64,000 bases of DNA from Burkholderiales bacterium (lineage in GTDB: Bacteria; Pseudomonadota; Gammaproteobacteria; Burkholderiales; SG8-39), in assembly GCA_050246035.1 (NCBI GenBank), contig JBFWWT010000006.1:6802-70801 (forward strand). The letters run 5' to 3'. Every line of letters begins with the position of its first letter. Within the stretch, counting starts at the first letter, position 1. A program made the translations under genes and the position numbers. The notes beneath the pieces were generated by a model. The model made no database searches and was not told where the DNA came from. It saw only the letters and a list, made by a program, of their open reading frames with translations. This document shows, in pieces, positions 25,418-35,840 of this stretch.

Positions 25418-27138
25418 ACTTCGTGCTGCACGGCTCGTCGGTGGCCGCGGGCATCACCATCGGCCATGCCCACCTCGTCTCCAGCGCGCGGCTGGAGGCC
25501 GCGCACTACGAGATTCCCGGGGAGGCGGTGGCCGGGGAGATCCAGCGCTTCGACGCCGGCATCGCGCGCGCCCGCGCGGAGCTCGCGCAGCTCGAGGGCC
25601 AGATCCCGGCGGGCTCGCCGGCGGAGTTCGGCGCCTTCATCAACCTGCACCGCCTGATGCTGGAGGACTCGTCGCTGTCGCATGCGCCGCGCGACATCAT
25701 CCGCGAGCAGCGCTGCAACGCCGAGTGGGCGCTGGTGCAGCAGATGGAAGCGCTGGTCGAGCAGTTCGAGCTCGCCGAGGACGCCTACCTGCGCGAGCGG
25801 AAGGCCGACATCCAGCAGGTGGTCGAGCGCGTGCTCAAGGCGCTGCGCGGGGAGGCCGCGGCGGCCGAGCCGCCGCGCTCTGAGGAGCGCAAGCTGATCG
25901 TGGTGGCGCACGACCTGTCGCCGGCGGACATGCTGCTGTTCAAGCGCCACGAGTTCGGCGGCTTCGTCACCGACGTGGGCGGGGTCACCTCGCACACCGC
26001 GATCCTCGCGCGCAGCCTCTCGATCCCGGCCCTCGTCGGCCTGCACCACGCGCGCCACATGATCCGCGAGGGCGAGCTCCTCATCGTGGACGGCGATCAG
26101 GGCGTGCTGGTGGTCAACCCCGACGCGCTGGTCCTCGCCGAGTACCAGCGGCGCCAGTCGCAGCACGCGCTCGAGCGCACCCGGCTCGGGCGCCTGAAGT
26201 CCACGCCGGCGGCGACCGCCGACGGCACGCCCGTGGAGCTCTATGCGAACATCGAGCTGCCGCAGGACCTGGACCGGGTGCGCGAGGCGGGCGCCGAGGG
26301 CGTGGGGCTGTTCCGCACCGAGTTCCTGTTCATGAACCGCGCCAGCCTGCCCGGCGAAGACGAGCAGTTCGAGGCCTACCGCCAGGTGGCGCAGGCACTC
26401 GAGGGCAAGCCGGTCGTCATCCGCACGCTCGACATCGGCGCCGACAAATCCTACGACGGCCACAGCGACGCCATGCCCAACCCGGCCCTGGGTCTGCGCG
26501 CCATCCGCTACTGCCTGGCCGAGCCGCAGATGTTCCTCGAGCAGCTGCGCGCCATCCTGCGCGCCTCGCACTACGGCCGCGTGAGGATCCTGCTGCCGAT
26601 GGTGGCGCACGCGCACGAGGTGGACCAGGCGCTCGCGCTCGTGCGCCAGGCGAAGCAGCAGCTCGACGCGCGCGGCCAGCCCTACGCGCGGGACGTCGAG
26701 GTGGGCGGCATGATCGAGATCCCGGCGGCGGCGATCGCCCTGCCGATGTTCATGCGGCGGCTGGACTTCCTCTCGCTCGGCACGAACGACCTCATCCAGT
26801 ACACGCTCGCCATCGACCGCACCGACGACGCGGTGGCGCACTTGTACGATCCCCTGCACCCGGCCGTGCTGCAGCTCGTCGCGCACGTGATCCAGGCCGC
26901 GGGCCGCGCGCGCAAGCCCGTGGCCGTGTGCGGCGAGATGGCCGGCGATCTCGCGCTCACGCGCCTGCTGCTCGGCTTCGGGCTGCGCAATTTCTCCATG
27001 CACCCCGCGCAGCTTCCCGCGATCAAGGAGCGCGTGCTCGGCTCGCGGCTCGCGGAGGCGAAGCCGCTCGCGCAGAAGTTGCTGCGCGCCCGCGACCCGG
27101 CGAAGGCGCGCGCGCTGCTCGCCCGCCTGAACGCCTGA
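25414..27138 (+). CDS. ptsI: Phosphoenolpyruvate-protein phosphotransferase (Enzyme I)
   Basis: 574 aa with the GGVTSHTAILARSL phospho-His motif and a PEP-utilising C-terminal domain. Confidence 0.92.
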   Translation: MNFVLHGSSVAAGITIGHAHLVSSARLEAAHYEIPGEAVAGEIQRFDAGIARARAELAQLEGQIPAGSPAEFGAFINLHRLMLEDSSLSHAPRDIIREQRCNAEWALVQQMEALVEQFELAEDAYLRERKADIQQVVERVLKALRGEAAAAEPPRSEERKLIVVAHDLSPADMLLFKRHEFGGFVTDVGGVTSHTAILARSLSIPALVGLHHARHMIREGELLIVDGDQGVLVVNPDALVLAEYQRRQSQHALERTRLGRLKSTPAATADGTPVELYANIELPQDLDRVREAGAEGVGLFRTEFLFMNRASLPGEDEQFEAYRQVAQALEGKPVVIRTLDIGADKSYDGHSDAMPNPALGLRAIRYCLAEPQMFLEQLRAILRASHYGRVRILLPMVAHAHEVDQALALVRQAKQQLDARGQPYARDVEVGGMIEIPAAAIALPMFMRRLDFLSLGTNDLIQYTLAIDRTDDAVAHLYDPLHPAVLQLVAHVIQAAGRARKPVAVCGEMAGDLALTRLLLGFGLRNFSMHPAQLPAIKERVLGSRLAEAKPLAQKLLRARDPAKARALLARLNA

Positions 27139-27148
27139 GGGAAAGCCG

Positions 27149-28342
27149 ATGCCCGGACCGCTCGACGGCGTGCGCGTGCTGGACCTGACCACGGTGGTGA
27201 TGGGTCCGTACGCCACGCAGATCCTCGCCGACTTCGGCGCCGACGTGGTGAAGGTGGAGCCCCCCGAGGGCGACATCATGCGTTACGCCTGGCCTTTCCG
27301 CTCCAAGGGCATGGGCCACATCTACCTCAACGCGAACCGCAACAAGCGCGGCATCGTCCTCGACCTGAAGAAGGACGAGGCGCGCGAGGCCTGCCTCGCG
27401 CTGGCGAAGACGGCCGACGTGCTCGTCTACAACATCCGCCCGCAGGCCATGGCGCGCCTCAAGCTCGGCTACGAGGACGTGCACGCGGTGAACCCGCGCA
27501 TCATCTACGTCGGCTGCTTCGGCTACAGCCAGTCGGGCCCGTATGCCGCCAAGGCGGCCTACGACGACCTGATCCAGGGCGCGGCGGGCCTGCCGTGGCT
27601 GTCGCGCGAAGCAAGCGGCGATTCGCCGCGCTATACCCCGGTGATCATCGCGGATCGCTCGGTGGGCCTGCATACGGCGAACGCGGTGTGCGCGGCGCTC
27701 TACGCGCGCGAGAAGACCGGCAGGGGCCAGCGCGTGGACGTGCCGATGTTCGAGAGCCTGCTGCAGTCCGTGCTCGGCGAGCACCTGGGCGGGCTCACCT
27801 TCGTGCCGCGCCTCGGCGAAGGCGGCTACCGGCGCATGCTCACGCGCTTTCGCCGGCCCTACGAGACGAAGGACGGCTACGTCTGCGCGCTCATCTACAA
27901 CGACAAGCACTGGAGGGCCTTCTTCGAGATGGTCGGACGCCCCGACATGGTGACGGACCCGCGCTTCGCGTCCCTCGAGGGCCGCAGCCAGAACTTCGAC
28001 GCGGTATACAGCTTCGTCGCCGACGAGATGCACAAGCGCACCACCGAGGAGTGGCTGCAGGCCCTGGAGCGCGCCGACATCCCGGTGCAGCGCATGAACA
28101 GCCTGGAGGACATCCTGCGCGACCCGCACCTCGAGGCGATCGGTTACTTCACCCCGGTGGAGCACCCGAGCGAGGGGACGCTGCTGTCCATGAAGGTGCC
28201 CTCGGAATGGTCGGAGACCAAGCCGGAGCTGCGGCGCCACGCGCCGCGCTTCGGCGAGCACACGCGAGAGGTGCTCCGGGAGGCCGGCTACAGCGACGCG
28301 CAGATCGACGCGCTCGCCGCGAGCGGCGCCGCCCGGCTATAA
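27149..28342 (+). CDS. Family III CoA-transferase (CaiB/BaiF)
   Basis: GVRVLDLTTVVMGPYATQILADFGADVVKVE N-terminus; 397 aa. Confidence 0.85.
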   Translation: MPGPLDGVRVLDLTTVVMGPYATQILADFGADVVKVEPPEGDIMRYAWPFRSKGMGHIYLNANRNKRGIVLDLKKDEAREACLALAKTADVLVYNIRPQAMARLKLGYEDVHAVNPRIIYVGCFGYSQSGPYAAKAAYDDLIQGAAGLPWLSREASGDSPRYTPVIIADRSVGLHTANAVCAALYAREKTGRGQRVDVPMFESLLQSVLGEHLGGLTFVPRLGEGGYRRMLTRFRRPYETKDGYVCALIYNDKHWRAFFEMVGRPDMVTDPRFASLEGRSQNFDAVYSFVADEMHKRTTEEWLQALERADIPVQRMNSLEDILRDPHLEAIGYFTPVEHPSEGTLLSMKVPSEWSETKPELRRHAPRFGEHTREVLREAGYSDAQIDALAASGAARL

Positions 28343-28364
28343 TCCCCCGCCAGCGCCGATTTGA

Positions 28365-28448
28365 CGTTCAGCTTGCGGGCGCTCTACAAATGCCGCTAAA
28401 GAGACCGGCTGGAAAAGCCCGTTCTCGCGAAAGCTGAACGGGCTTTTT
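28365..28448 (+). promoter_or_regulatory. metX leader with mutually exclusive antiterminator and terminator helices (candidate riboswitch or attenuator)
   Basis: CGTTCAGCTT (28365-28374) is complementary to AAGCTGAACG (28431-28440). That segment overlaps the 3' arm of the terminator stem 28413-28423/28437-28447. Confidence 0.45.
28413..28448 (+). terminator. Intrinsic terminator hairpin in the metX 5' leader
   Basis: 11-bp stem AAAAGCCCGTT/AACGGGCTTTT running into a T-tract, about 15 nt before the metX ATG. Confidence 0.6.
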
Positions 28449-28462
28449 CGTTGCGAGGGCGC

Positions 28463-29584
28463 ATGAGCGGCTCGGTCGGCATGGTGGAAGCGAAGCGCGC
28501 GGCGTTCGAGGAGCCGTTCGCCTTCCGCAGCGGCGCGGTCATCCCGCGCTTCGAGCTCGCCTACGAGACCTACGGCACGCTGAACCCCGCGCGCTCGAAC
28601 GCGGTGCTCGTCTGCCACGCGCTCAACGCCTCGCACCACGTCGCGGGCGCCTACGCGGACGACCCCGCGAACGTCGGCTGGTGGGACAACCTCGTCGGCC
28701 CGGGCAAGCCGCTCGACACGAACCGCTTCTTCGTCGTCGGCTCGAACTACATCGGCGGCTGCTTCGGCTCGACCGGACCGACCTCGGTCAACCCGGCGAC
28801 CGGCAAGCCCTACGGCGCCGATTTCCCCGTCGTCACCGTGGAGGACTGGGTCGCCGCGCAGGCGCGCCTCGCCGACCAGCTCGGCATCGAGCGCTTCGCG
28901 GCGGTGATCGGCGGGTCGCTCGGCGCCATGCAGGCGCTGCAGTGGGCGCTCGCCTACCCCGAGCGCGTGAGGCACTCGCTCGTCATCGCCTCCACGCCCA
29001 GGCTCTCGGCGCAGAACATCGCCTTCAACGAGGTGGCGCGCCAGGCCATCGTCACCGATCCGGACTTCCACGGCGGGCATTACTACGAGCACGGCGTGGT
29101 GCCCCGCCGGGGCTTGCGCATCGCGCGCATGATCGGCCACATCACCTACCTCTCGGACGACGCGATGATGGAGAAGTTCGGCCGCGTGCTGCGCCGCGCC
29201 GCGCTCGGCTTCGACTTCGACATCGACTTCGAGATCGAGAGCTACCTCCGGTACCAGGGCGACAAGTTCTCGACCTACTTCGACGCCAACACCTACCTGC
29301 GCATCACCAAGGCGCTCGACTACTACGACCCGGCGGCCGACTACGGCGGCGACCTGTCGGCCGCCCTCGCGCGCGCCCGGGCGGCCTTCCTCGTCGTGTC
29401 GTTCAAGTCCGACTGGCGCTTCGCCCCGGCACGCTCGCGCGCCATGGTGAAGGCGCTGCTCGATAACCGGCGCATCGTCTCCTACCTCGAGCTGGACGCG
29501 CCCGGCGGCCACGACGCGTTCCTGCTCGAGGATCCCCGCTACCACGGGGCGCTCGCCGCCTACTTCCGGAACATCGACCTGTGA
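28463..29584 (+). CDS. metX: Homoserine O-acyltransferase (MetX family)
   Basis: Alpha/beta-hydrolase MetX sequence ([13 protein letters not shown] nucleophile elbow), followed by metW. Confidence 0.9.
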   Translation: MSGSVGMVEAKRAAFEEPFAFRSGAVIPRFELAYETYGTLNPARSNAVLVCHALNASHHVAGAYADDPANVGWWDNLVGPGKPLDTNRFFVVGSNYIGGCFGSTGPTSVNPATGKPYGADFPVVTVEDWVAAQARLADQLGIERFAAVIGGSLGAMQALQWALAYPERVRHSLVIASTPRLSAQNIAFNEVARQAIVTDPDFHGGHYYEHGVVPRRGLRIARMIGHITYLSDDAMMEKFGRVLRRAALGFDFDIDFEIESYLRYQGDKFSTYFDANTYLRITKALDYYDPAADYGGDLSAALARARAAFLVVSFKSDWRFAPARSRAMVKALLDNRRIVSYLELDAPGGHDAFLLEDPRYHGALAAYFRNIDL

Positions 29585-30159
29585 AACGCCCCGACCTCGA
29601 GGCGATCGCGCAGTGGGTGGCGCCCGGCGCGCGGGTGCTGGACCTCGGCTGCGGCGACGGCTCGCTCCTCAAGCACCTGTGGGAGAAGAACCAGGCGCAC
29701 GGCTACGGCGTCGAGATCGACGACGCGGAGGTGCTCGCCTGCATGCGCAACGACGTGAACGTCCTGCAGCTCGACCTGGAGTCGGGCCTGGCGCTCTTCC
29801 AGGACGATTCCTTCGACTGCGTGATCCTCTCGGAGACGCTGCAGACCATTCATCGCATCGAGCTCCTGATGCGCGAGATGCTGCGCGTGGGCACGGAGGC
29901 CATCGTCTCGTTCCCGAATTTCGGCTACTGGCGCGACCGCCTGCAGGTGCTCGCGGGCCGCATGCCGGTGTCCGAGGAGCTGCCGCACCAGTGGTACGAC
30001 ACGCCCAACGTGCACCTGTGCACGCTCGCCGACTTCGAGGACCTGTGCGCTCGGCTGGGCGCCAGGATCCGCGAGCGCGCGGTGCTGCATCGCGGCCGGC
30101 CGGTGCGCGTGCTGCCGAACCTCTTCGGCAGCATCGCCGTCTATCGCGTCACCGGCTAG
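29581..30159 (+). CDS. metW: Methionine biosynthesis protein MetW
   Basis: 192 aa, SAM-methyltransferase-like [12 protein letters not shown]. The GTG start overlaps the metX stop. Confidence 0.9.
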   Translation: MKRPDLEAIAQWVAPGARVLDLGCGDGSLLKHLWEKNQAHGYGVEIDDAEVLACMRNDVNVLQLDLESGLALFQDDSFDCVILSETLQTIHRIELLMREMLRVGTEAIVSFPNFGYWRDRLQVLAGRMPVSEELPHQWYDTPNVHLCTLADFEDLCARLGARIRERAVLHRGRPVRVLPNLFGSIAVYRVTG

Positions 30160-31463
30160 CGCCGCGCGTCGTCCTCGCCCTCGATGCCCGCCGATCCGAC
30201 CGACAGATCGGCGAGCCCCGAGCGCATCATGAGCCAGAAGAGTATGACGCCCGGCAGCGCCACGACGGTCGTCAGCACATAGAAGCTCACGTAGCCCATG
30301 GCCTCGATCATGGACCCGGCGGTGGTGCCCGTGAGAAAGCGCCCGGCGATGCTCGCCAGCGCCGAGAGCAGCGCGTACTGGGTCGCGGTGAATCGGAGGT
30401 TGCACAGCGCCGAGAGGTAGGCGACCACCGTCACGCCGCCGACGCCGCTCGCGAAGTTCTCGAAGCCGACCGCGGCGGCCATGCCCCAGTTCGTATGGCC
30501 GACCGCGGCAAGCGCGGCGAAGCCGAAGTTCGACAGCGCCATCAGGATCAGGCTGACCAGCACCGCGAGCTTCATCCCCAGGCGAACGTACAGGACACCG
30601 CCCGCGAAAATGCCGGCAAGGAGCGCCGCAAAGCCGATGCCGACGTCGTAGAACGCGATCTCGTGGTTGGTGAACCCCAGGTTGTCGAAGAGCAGCCGCA
30701 GCGTGAGGTTGGCGAGCGTGTCGCCGACCTTGTGGATCAGCACGAACAGCAGCACCACGAGCGCCCCCTGGCGCTTCAGGAACTCCGCCAGCGGGCTGAA
30801 GTAGGCGGCGAGCGCCGCGGCCACGCCGCGCGCGGGCACGGGCGCGCGATGCCGCGGCGGCTCGCCCATCACGAGGCCGACCGCCATGGCCGGCAGCGCA
30901 AAGGCCGCGCAGGCGATGTAGGCGGCGCTCCAGCCAAGGTGCTGCGCGAGCACCAGCGCGAGCCCGCCCGCGGCCGCCGCGCCGATGCGCCAGCCGTACT
31001 GGGACATGCCGGAGCCGACGCCGAGCTGGCGCGGCTCCAGCAGCTCGATGCGATACGCATCGATGACGATGTCGAAGGTCGCCCCGGCGAACCCGACCGC
31101 GATCGCCGCCGCCGCGACCAGCAGCAGCGACTCGCCGGGGTCCGCCAGGCCGAGGAACGCCACGGCGGCCATCACCAGCACGCCGACGAGCCACAGCCAG
31201 CTGCGCCGCTGCCCGTAGCGCCCGATCAGCGGCAGGCGCACGTTGTCGACGATGGGCGCCCACAGGAACTTCAGGTTGTAGGCGAGGAAGGTGAGCGCGA
31301 AGGCGGTGACCGCGCTCTTGCTGATGCCGTGCTGCGCGAGGCGCGTGGTGAGCGTCGCGCCGATCATGGCAAAGGCGAATCCCGAGGAGACGCCGAGGAA
31401 GAGCGCCGCGAGCGGCGCGGGCTCGAGGTAGGGCCGGAGCGCGCTAGCCCAGCGGCCCGTCAT
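30156..31463 (-). CDS. ampG: AmpG-family muropeptide MFS permease
   Basis: 435-aa MFS protein; LAYNLKFLWAPIVD is typical of AmpG. Confidence 0.85.
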   Translation of the reverse strand: MTGRWASALRPYLEPAPLAALFLGVSSGFAFAMIGATLTTRLAQHGISKSAVTAFALTFLAYNLKFLWAPIVDNVRLPLIGRYGQRRSWLWLVGVLVMAAVAFLGLADPGESLLLVAAAAIAVGFAGATFDIVIDAYRIELLEPRQLGVGSGMSQYGWRIGAAAAGGLALVLAQHLGWSAAYIACAAFALPAMAVGLVMGEPPRHRAPVPARGVAAALAAYFSPLAEFLKRQGALVVLLFVLIHKVGDTLANLTLRLLFDNLGFTNHEIAFYDVGIGFAALLAGIFAGGVLYVRLGMKLAVLVSLILMALSNFGFAALAAVGHTNWGMAAAVGFENFASGVGGVTVVAYLSALCNLRFTATQYALLSALASIAGRFLTGTTAGSMIEAMGYVSFYVLTTVVALPGVILFWLMMRSGLADLSVGSAGIEGEDDARR

Positions 31464-32220
31464 AGTCGATCGTGAGCGGCGCGTGGTCGGAGAAGCGCCG
31501 CCGCTTGTAGATCGACGCCTTGCGCGCGCGCGCCGCGATGCCCGGCGTCGCGATCTGATAGTCGATGCGCCACCCTACGTTCTTCGCCCAGGCCTGGCCG
31601 CGGTTCGACCACCACGTGTACTGCTCGGGCCGGGGATCGACGCGACGGAACACGTCCACGAAGCCCGCCTGACCGAGCACTCGCGTGAGCCAGGCGCGCT
31701 CCTCCGGCAGGAAGCCCGAGTTCTTCTGGTTGGAGCGCCAGTTCCTCAGGTCGATCTCCTTGTGCGCGATGTTCCAGTCGCCGCACAGGATCACCTCGCG
31801 CCCGCTTCGCTTCAGCTTGCGCAGATGCGGCAGGAACGCCGCCAGGAAGCGGAACTTGGAAGCCTGCCGGTGCGGCCCCGCCGAGCCCGAGGGCAGGTAG
31901 AGCGAGATCACCGAGAGCCGCCCGAAGCGCGCCTCGAGGTAGCGCCCTTCGTCGTCGAACTCCTTCACGCCGAAGCCCTCGAGGACCTTGTCGGGCCGCG
32001 CGCGGCTGTAGAGCGCCACGCCCGCGTAGCCCTTCCTGGCGGCGTGGGAGAAGTGACCATGCAGGCCGCGCGGCGCGCGCATCGTGGCGTCGAGGTCGCC
32101 GTCGTGCGCCTTGATCTCCTGCAGGCAGGCCACGTCGGCCTTCTGCGCCGCGAGCCAGCCGAAGAAGCCCTTGCGCGCCGCCGACCGGATGCCGTTGACG
32201 TTTAGGGTGACGACCCTCAA
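31444..32220 (-). CDS. xthA: Exodeoxyribonuclease III
   Basis: [13 protein letters not shown]-terminus and SDHAPL C-terminal motif. A TTG start at 32220 gives a product of about 258 aa; the tracked 397-aa ORF is over-extended. Confidence 0.85.
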   Translation of the reverse strand: MRVVTLNVNGIRSAARKGFFGWLAAQKADVACLQEIKAHDGDLDATMRAPRGLHGHFSHAARKGYAGVALYSRARPDKVLEGFGVKEFDDEGRYLEARFGRLSVISLYLPSGSAGPHRQASKFRFLAAFLPHLRKLKRSGREVILCGDWNIAHKEIDLRNWRSNQKNSGFLPEERAWLTRVLGQAGFVDVFRRVDPRPEQYTWWSNRGQAWAKNVGWRIDYQIATPGIAARARKASIYKRRRFSDHAPLTIDYDGPLG

Positions 32221-32906
32221 GACGAGGGAAAACTCGAGGCGCCGCCGTGCGCGGCGGACCACTCGGCCGGCGCGTTCAGGAACTTCTCCACCTGCTCGAC
32301 CTGCGCCGCGGCCAGGTAGCCGCCCTGCTTCACCACCCCGAGCACATCCCACCAGGTGGCCAGGCAATGCAGCCGCACGCCGAGGTCCGCCATCACCTTC
32401 TTCGAGTCGGGAAAGATGTCGTAATAGAAGTTGACGAACACGTGCTCGACCACCGCGCCCGCCTCGCGCAGCGCCTTGCAGAAATTGATCTTCGAGCGCC
32501 CGTCGGTGGTCAGGTCCTCGACCAGCAGCGTCCTCGCGCCCTCGCGGATGTCGCCCTCGATCTGCGCGTTGCGCCCGAAGCCCTTGGGCTTCTTGCGGAT
32601 GTACTGCATCGGCAGCCCGAGCCGGTCGGCGATCCACGCCGCGTACGGAATGCCCGCGGTCTCGCCGCCCGCCACCACGTCGAACTGCTCGAAGCCGGCG
32701 TCGCGCGCGAGCGTCGCCGTCGCGAACTCCACGAGCTGCCCGCGGATGCGCGGATAGAAGATGAGCTTGCGGCAGTCGATGTACACCGGGCTCGCCCAGC
32801 CCGAGGTGAAGATGAAGGGCTTCGCCTCGGAGAAGAGCACCGCCTTCACCTCGAGGAGCATCTTCGCGGTGGTCTCGGCGATGAACGCGCGGTCGGCGGA
32901 ATGCAT
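32217..32906 (-). CDS. pyrE: Orotate phosphoribosyltransferase
   Basis: PRPP-binding motif [12 protein letters not shown]; 229 aa. Confidence 0.85.
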   Translation of the reverse strand: MHSADRAFIAETTAKMLLEVKAVLFSEAKPFIFTSGWASPVYIDCRKLIFYPRIRGQLVEFATATLARDAGFEQFDVVAGGETAGIPYAAWIADRLGLPMQYIRKKPKGFGRNAQIEGDIREGARTLLVEDLTTDGRSKINFCKALREAGAVVEHVFVNFYYDIFPDSKKVMADLGVRLHCLATWWDVLGVVKQGGYLAAAQVEQVEKFLNAPAEWSAAHGGASSFPSS

Positions 32907-32944
32907 GGGGAGCGCGCGGATTCTAGCAGGGTTAGAATCGCGCG

Positions 32945-33664
32945 ATGACCGGTCTACGGGGGGTCTCGATGTTCCGCATGCCAGTCTTCGCCGCCGCGTG
33001 CCTGCTGCTCGTTGCCGCGCCGGCCAGCGCGCCGCTCGCGCAAGCGAAGTCGGACGAAGCGAAGGAGCGTGCGCGCATCAACGCCCTGCGCGCGCAGGTG
33101 CGCTCATACCGCTGCACCACGAAGGCGGGTCGAAAGTACTACGGCTCGACGATTCCCGGGCAATGCAAGGGCGAGCTGGTCGAGGCGCTCTCCGCTCAGG
33201 GCACGGTGCTGTTCCGCATCGAACCGCCGCTCACGCCCGAGCAGAAGGCGGCCCAGGCGGCCGAGGAAAAGCGCCAGGCCGAGGCCGAGGCGGCCCGTCG
33301 CGAAGCCGCGCGGCAGGCCGGGCTGCAGGCGCGGCGCGACCAGGCGCTGCTGCAGACCTATGCCGACGAGGCCGACATCGAGCGCGCGCGCAAGCGCGCG
33401 CTCGCGAGCAACCGCGAGGCCGCCGCGCAGGTCGAGCAGCGCATCCAGCAGCTCAGGCAGCGCCAGGACCAGCTCGCCAAGGAATCGGCGAAGTACAAGG
33501 GTGAGGCCGAGGTGCCGCACAAGTTCCAGGAGGACGTGAAGGCCGTGGCCTACGACCTGTCGCTGCAGGAGCAGCTGCTCGAGTCGCGCAAGAAGGAGGC
33601 CGCGGAGATCAACGCCCGCTTCGACGCCGACAAGCGCAAGTACCGCGAGCTCACCAGCAAGTAA
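32945..33664 (+). CDS. Secreted coiled-coil protein (DUF4124-like N-terminal region)
   Basis: Signal peptide [21 protein letters not shown] (alternative start at 32969), followed by a long charged A/E/Q/R-rich helix. Confidence 0.6.
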   Translation: MTGLRGVSMFRMPVFAAACLLLVAAPASAPLAQAKSDEAKERARINALRAQVRSYRCTTKAGRKYYGSTIPGQCKGELVEALSAQGTVLFRIEPPLTPEQKAAQAAEEKRQAEAEAARREAARQAGLQARRDQALLQTYADEADIERARKRALASNREAAAQVEQRIQQLRQRQDQLAKESAKYKGEAEVPHKFQEDVKAVAYDLSLQEQLLESRKKEAAEINARFDADKRKYRELTSK

Positions 33665-33670
33665 ACAGGC

Positions 33671-35104
33671 TCAGCCGCCGAGCCTGCGCTTCAGGATCTC
33701 GTTCACCTGGGCCGGGTTGGCCGCGCCCCTGGTCGCCTTCATCACCTGGCCGACGAGCGAGTTGAAAGCCTTGGCCTTGCCGGCGCGATAGTCCTCGACC
33801 TGCTTCGCGTTCGCGGCGAGGACCTCGTCGACGACTCCCTCCAGCGAGCCCGCGTCCGAGATCTGCTTCAGGCCTCGCCGCGCGATGATCTCGTCGGCCG
33901 CGCCTTCGCCGTTCCACATCGCGTCGAACACCTCCTTCGCCATCTTCCCGGACAGCGTGCCGTCGGCGAGCCGGCGCAGCAGCGCGCCCAGGGCCTCGGC
34001 GCCCACGGGGCTCTGCGCGATGTCGAGCCCCGCGCGGTTGAGCGCGCCCGCGAGCTCGCCGGTCACCCAGTTCGCGCTCAGCTTCGCCTGCCCCTCGCCC
34101 GCGGCGGCCAGGCAGGCCTCGTAGTAGTCGGCAAGCTCCTTGTCCGCGACCAGCGCGGCCGCGTCGGCCGCGGACAGACCGAGCGCGGCGAGGCGCGCGC
34201 GGCGCGCCTCCGGGAGTTCCGGCAAGGCGGCGCGGATGCGCTCGATGTCGGCTTCCGCGACGACGAGCGGCAGCAGGTCCGGGTCGGGGAAGTAGCGATA
34301 GTCGTGCGCCTCCTCCTTGGAGCGCATGGGGCGCGTCTCGCCCTTGTCGGGGTCGAACAGGCGCGTCTCCTGCACGACCGCGCCGCCGTCCTCGATGAGC
34401 TCGATCTGGCGGCGCGCCTCGTACTCGATCGCCTGCTCCATGAAGCGGAACGAGTTCAGGTTCTTCAGCTCGCAGCGCGTACCGAGCTTCGCCTCGCCGA
34501 TCCGGCGCACTGAGACGTTGGCGTCGCAGCGGAAGGAGCCCTCCTGCATGTTGCCGTCGCAGATGCCGATCCAGCGCACGAGCGCGTGCAGCGCGCGCGC
34601 GTAGGCCACCGCCTCCTTCGCGCCGCGCAGCTCCGGCTCGGAGACGATCTCGAGCAGCGGCGTGCCCGCGCGGTTCAGGTCGATGCCGGTCATGCCGTGA
34701 AAGTCCTCGTGCAGGGACTTGCCGGCGTCCTCCTCCAGGTGCGCGCGCGTCAGGCGGATCTCCTTCTCCGCCTCGCCCACGCGGATGCGCATCGCGCCGC
34801 CCTGCACGATCGGCAGCTCGTACTGGCTGATCTGGTAGCCCTTGGGCAGATCCGGGTAGAAGTAGTTCTTGCGCGCGAACACCGAGCGCCGATGGACGGT
34901 CGCGCCGACCGCGAGGCCGAACCTCACCGCCATCTCCACCGCCGCCGCGTTGGCCACCGGCAGCACGCCCGGCAGCGCGATGTCCACGGCGCAGGCCTGA
35001 GTGTTGGGCGGCGCACCGAAGGCGGTCGCGGCCCCCGAGAACATCTTGCTCCGCGTGGCGAGCTGCGCGTGCGTCTCGATGCCGACGACGATTTCCCAGG
35101 CCAT
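33671..35104 (-). CDS. gatB: Asp/Glu-tRNA amidotransferase subunit B
   Basis: Full-length GatB sequence ([13 protein letters not shown]...). Confidence 0.95.
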   Translation of the reverse strand: MAWEIVVGIETHAQLATRSKMFSGAATAFGAPPNTQACAVDIALPGVLPVANAAAVEMAVRFGLAVGATVHRRSVFARKNYFYPDLPKGYQISQYELPIVQGGAMRIRVGEAEKEIRLTRAHLEEDAGKSLHEDFHGMTGIDLNRAGTPLLEIVSEPELRGAKEAVAYARALHALVRWIGICDGNMQEGSFRCDANVSVRRIGEAKLGTRCELKNLNSFRFMEQAIEYEARRQIELIEDGGAVVQETRLFDPDKGETRPMRSKEEAHDYRYFPDPDLLPLVVAEADIERIRAALPELPEARRARLAALGLSAADAAALVADKELADYYEACLAAAGEGQAKLSANWVTGELAGALNRAGLDIAQSPVGAEALGALLRRLADGTLSGKMAKEVFDAMWNGEGAADEIIARRGLKQISDAGSLEGVVDEVLAANAKQVEDYRAGKAKAFNSLVGQVMKATRGAANPAQVNEILKRRLGG

Positions 35105-35108
35105 CGCG

Positions 35109-35840
35109 CTACCCCGCCTGCGGACGCAGCAGGCGGCAGTCGCCGCCCCGATCGACCAGCACCGGCTCGAGATAGGCCTGCGAGCCGCAGAAGTCCTCGC
35201 AGCGCTCCGCGACGAGGCGCACGTACTCGCCCAGGTCGCGCAGCGTCACGGCGCAGCGCCCGGCGGCGAAGCGCAGCCCGCCCTCATAGGGGCGCTGCTC
35301 GAGCCCCGCGAGCGCGCAAGTGTGCCCCGAGGGCGCCACGCGCGAGCGCCACTCCAGTCGCTCCAGGCGCCCCTTCGCCACCGCGTACTCGAGCGTGGCG
35401 CGGTAACGCCCCTGCGCGAGCTCGCAGCGCACCTCGGCGCCGTAGCCGCTCATGTCGGGAAAACGCTCGCCGAACTCGAAGCGCTCGCGCTCCTGCCCGC
35501 CGGGCCCGTAGCGCGCGCCCTTCAGCACGCCGGCGTTCCAGGTGCCCTGCAACGTCGCCGTGCCCGGCCGCCCGTAAAGGATCGGCGAGTTCCCCTCCTT
35601 CAGGAAGGTAACGCCGAGCTGCGGGCCGCGCTCGCCCTCCACGTAGCGCACTTGCAGCGTCGGCAGCAGGAGGTACTCGCCCGAGAGCCGCGCCGAGCCG
35701 TCGGCGCGCGGATTGTCGTGCAGCAGCAGGACCGCAACGCGCCCGCCCAGGTGCCCGATAAGCTCCCGCGTGCCCGCGGACTCCGCGGCGAGCGCGGACG
35801 CGGCGCTCGCGAGCAGCACGATCGCGATGCGGGCCTTCAT
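35109..35840 (-). CDS. Secreted protein of unknown function embedded between gatA and gatB
   Basis: Signal peptide [18 protein letters not shown]. 243 aa with six Cys in the C-terminal half of the mature protein. The start overlaps the gatA stop (ATGA) and the stop lies 4 nt from the gatB start. Confidence 0.65.
   Translation of the reverse strand: MKARIAIVLLASAASALAAESAGTRELIGHLGGRVAVLLLHDNPRADGSARLSGEYLLLPTLQVRYVEGERGPQLGVTFLKEGNSPILYGRPGTATLQGTWNAGVLKGARYGPGGQERERFEFGERFPDMSGYGAEVRCELAQGRYRATLEYAVAKGRLERLEWRSRVAPSGHTCALAGLEQRPYEGGLRFAAGRCAVTLRDLGEYVRLVAERCEDFCGSQAYLEPVLVDRGGDCRLLRPQAG

Noticed and set aside
24703-27279. Very long alternate-frame or antisense ORFs in the core, e.g. 24703-27279(-), 35109-37595(-) upstream part, 48764-51481(-), 49018-51672(+), 55796-59257(-) upstream part, 60683-62770(-) upstream part, 40340-43249(+) upstream part
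   Set aside because: Their translations are Arg/Ala/Gly/Pro-rich low-complexity sequence, typical of stop-poor frames in ~70% GC DNA. Each overlaps a gene with clear family motifs on another frame. Only the segments with recognisable proteins were annotated.
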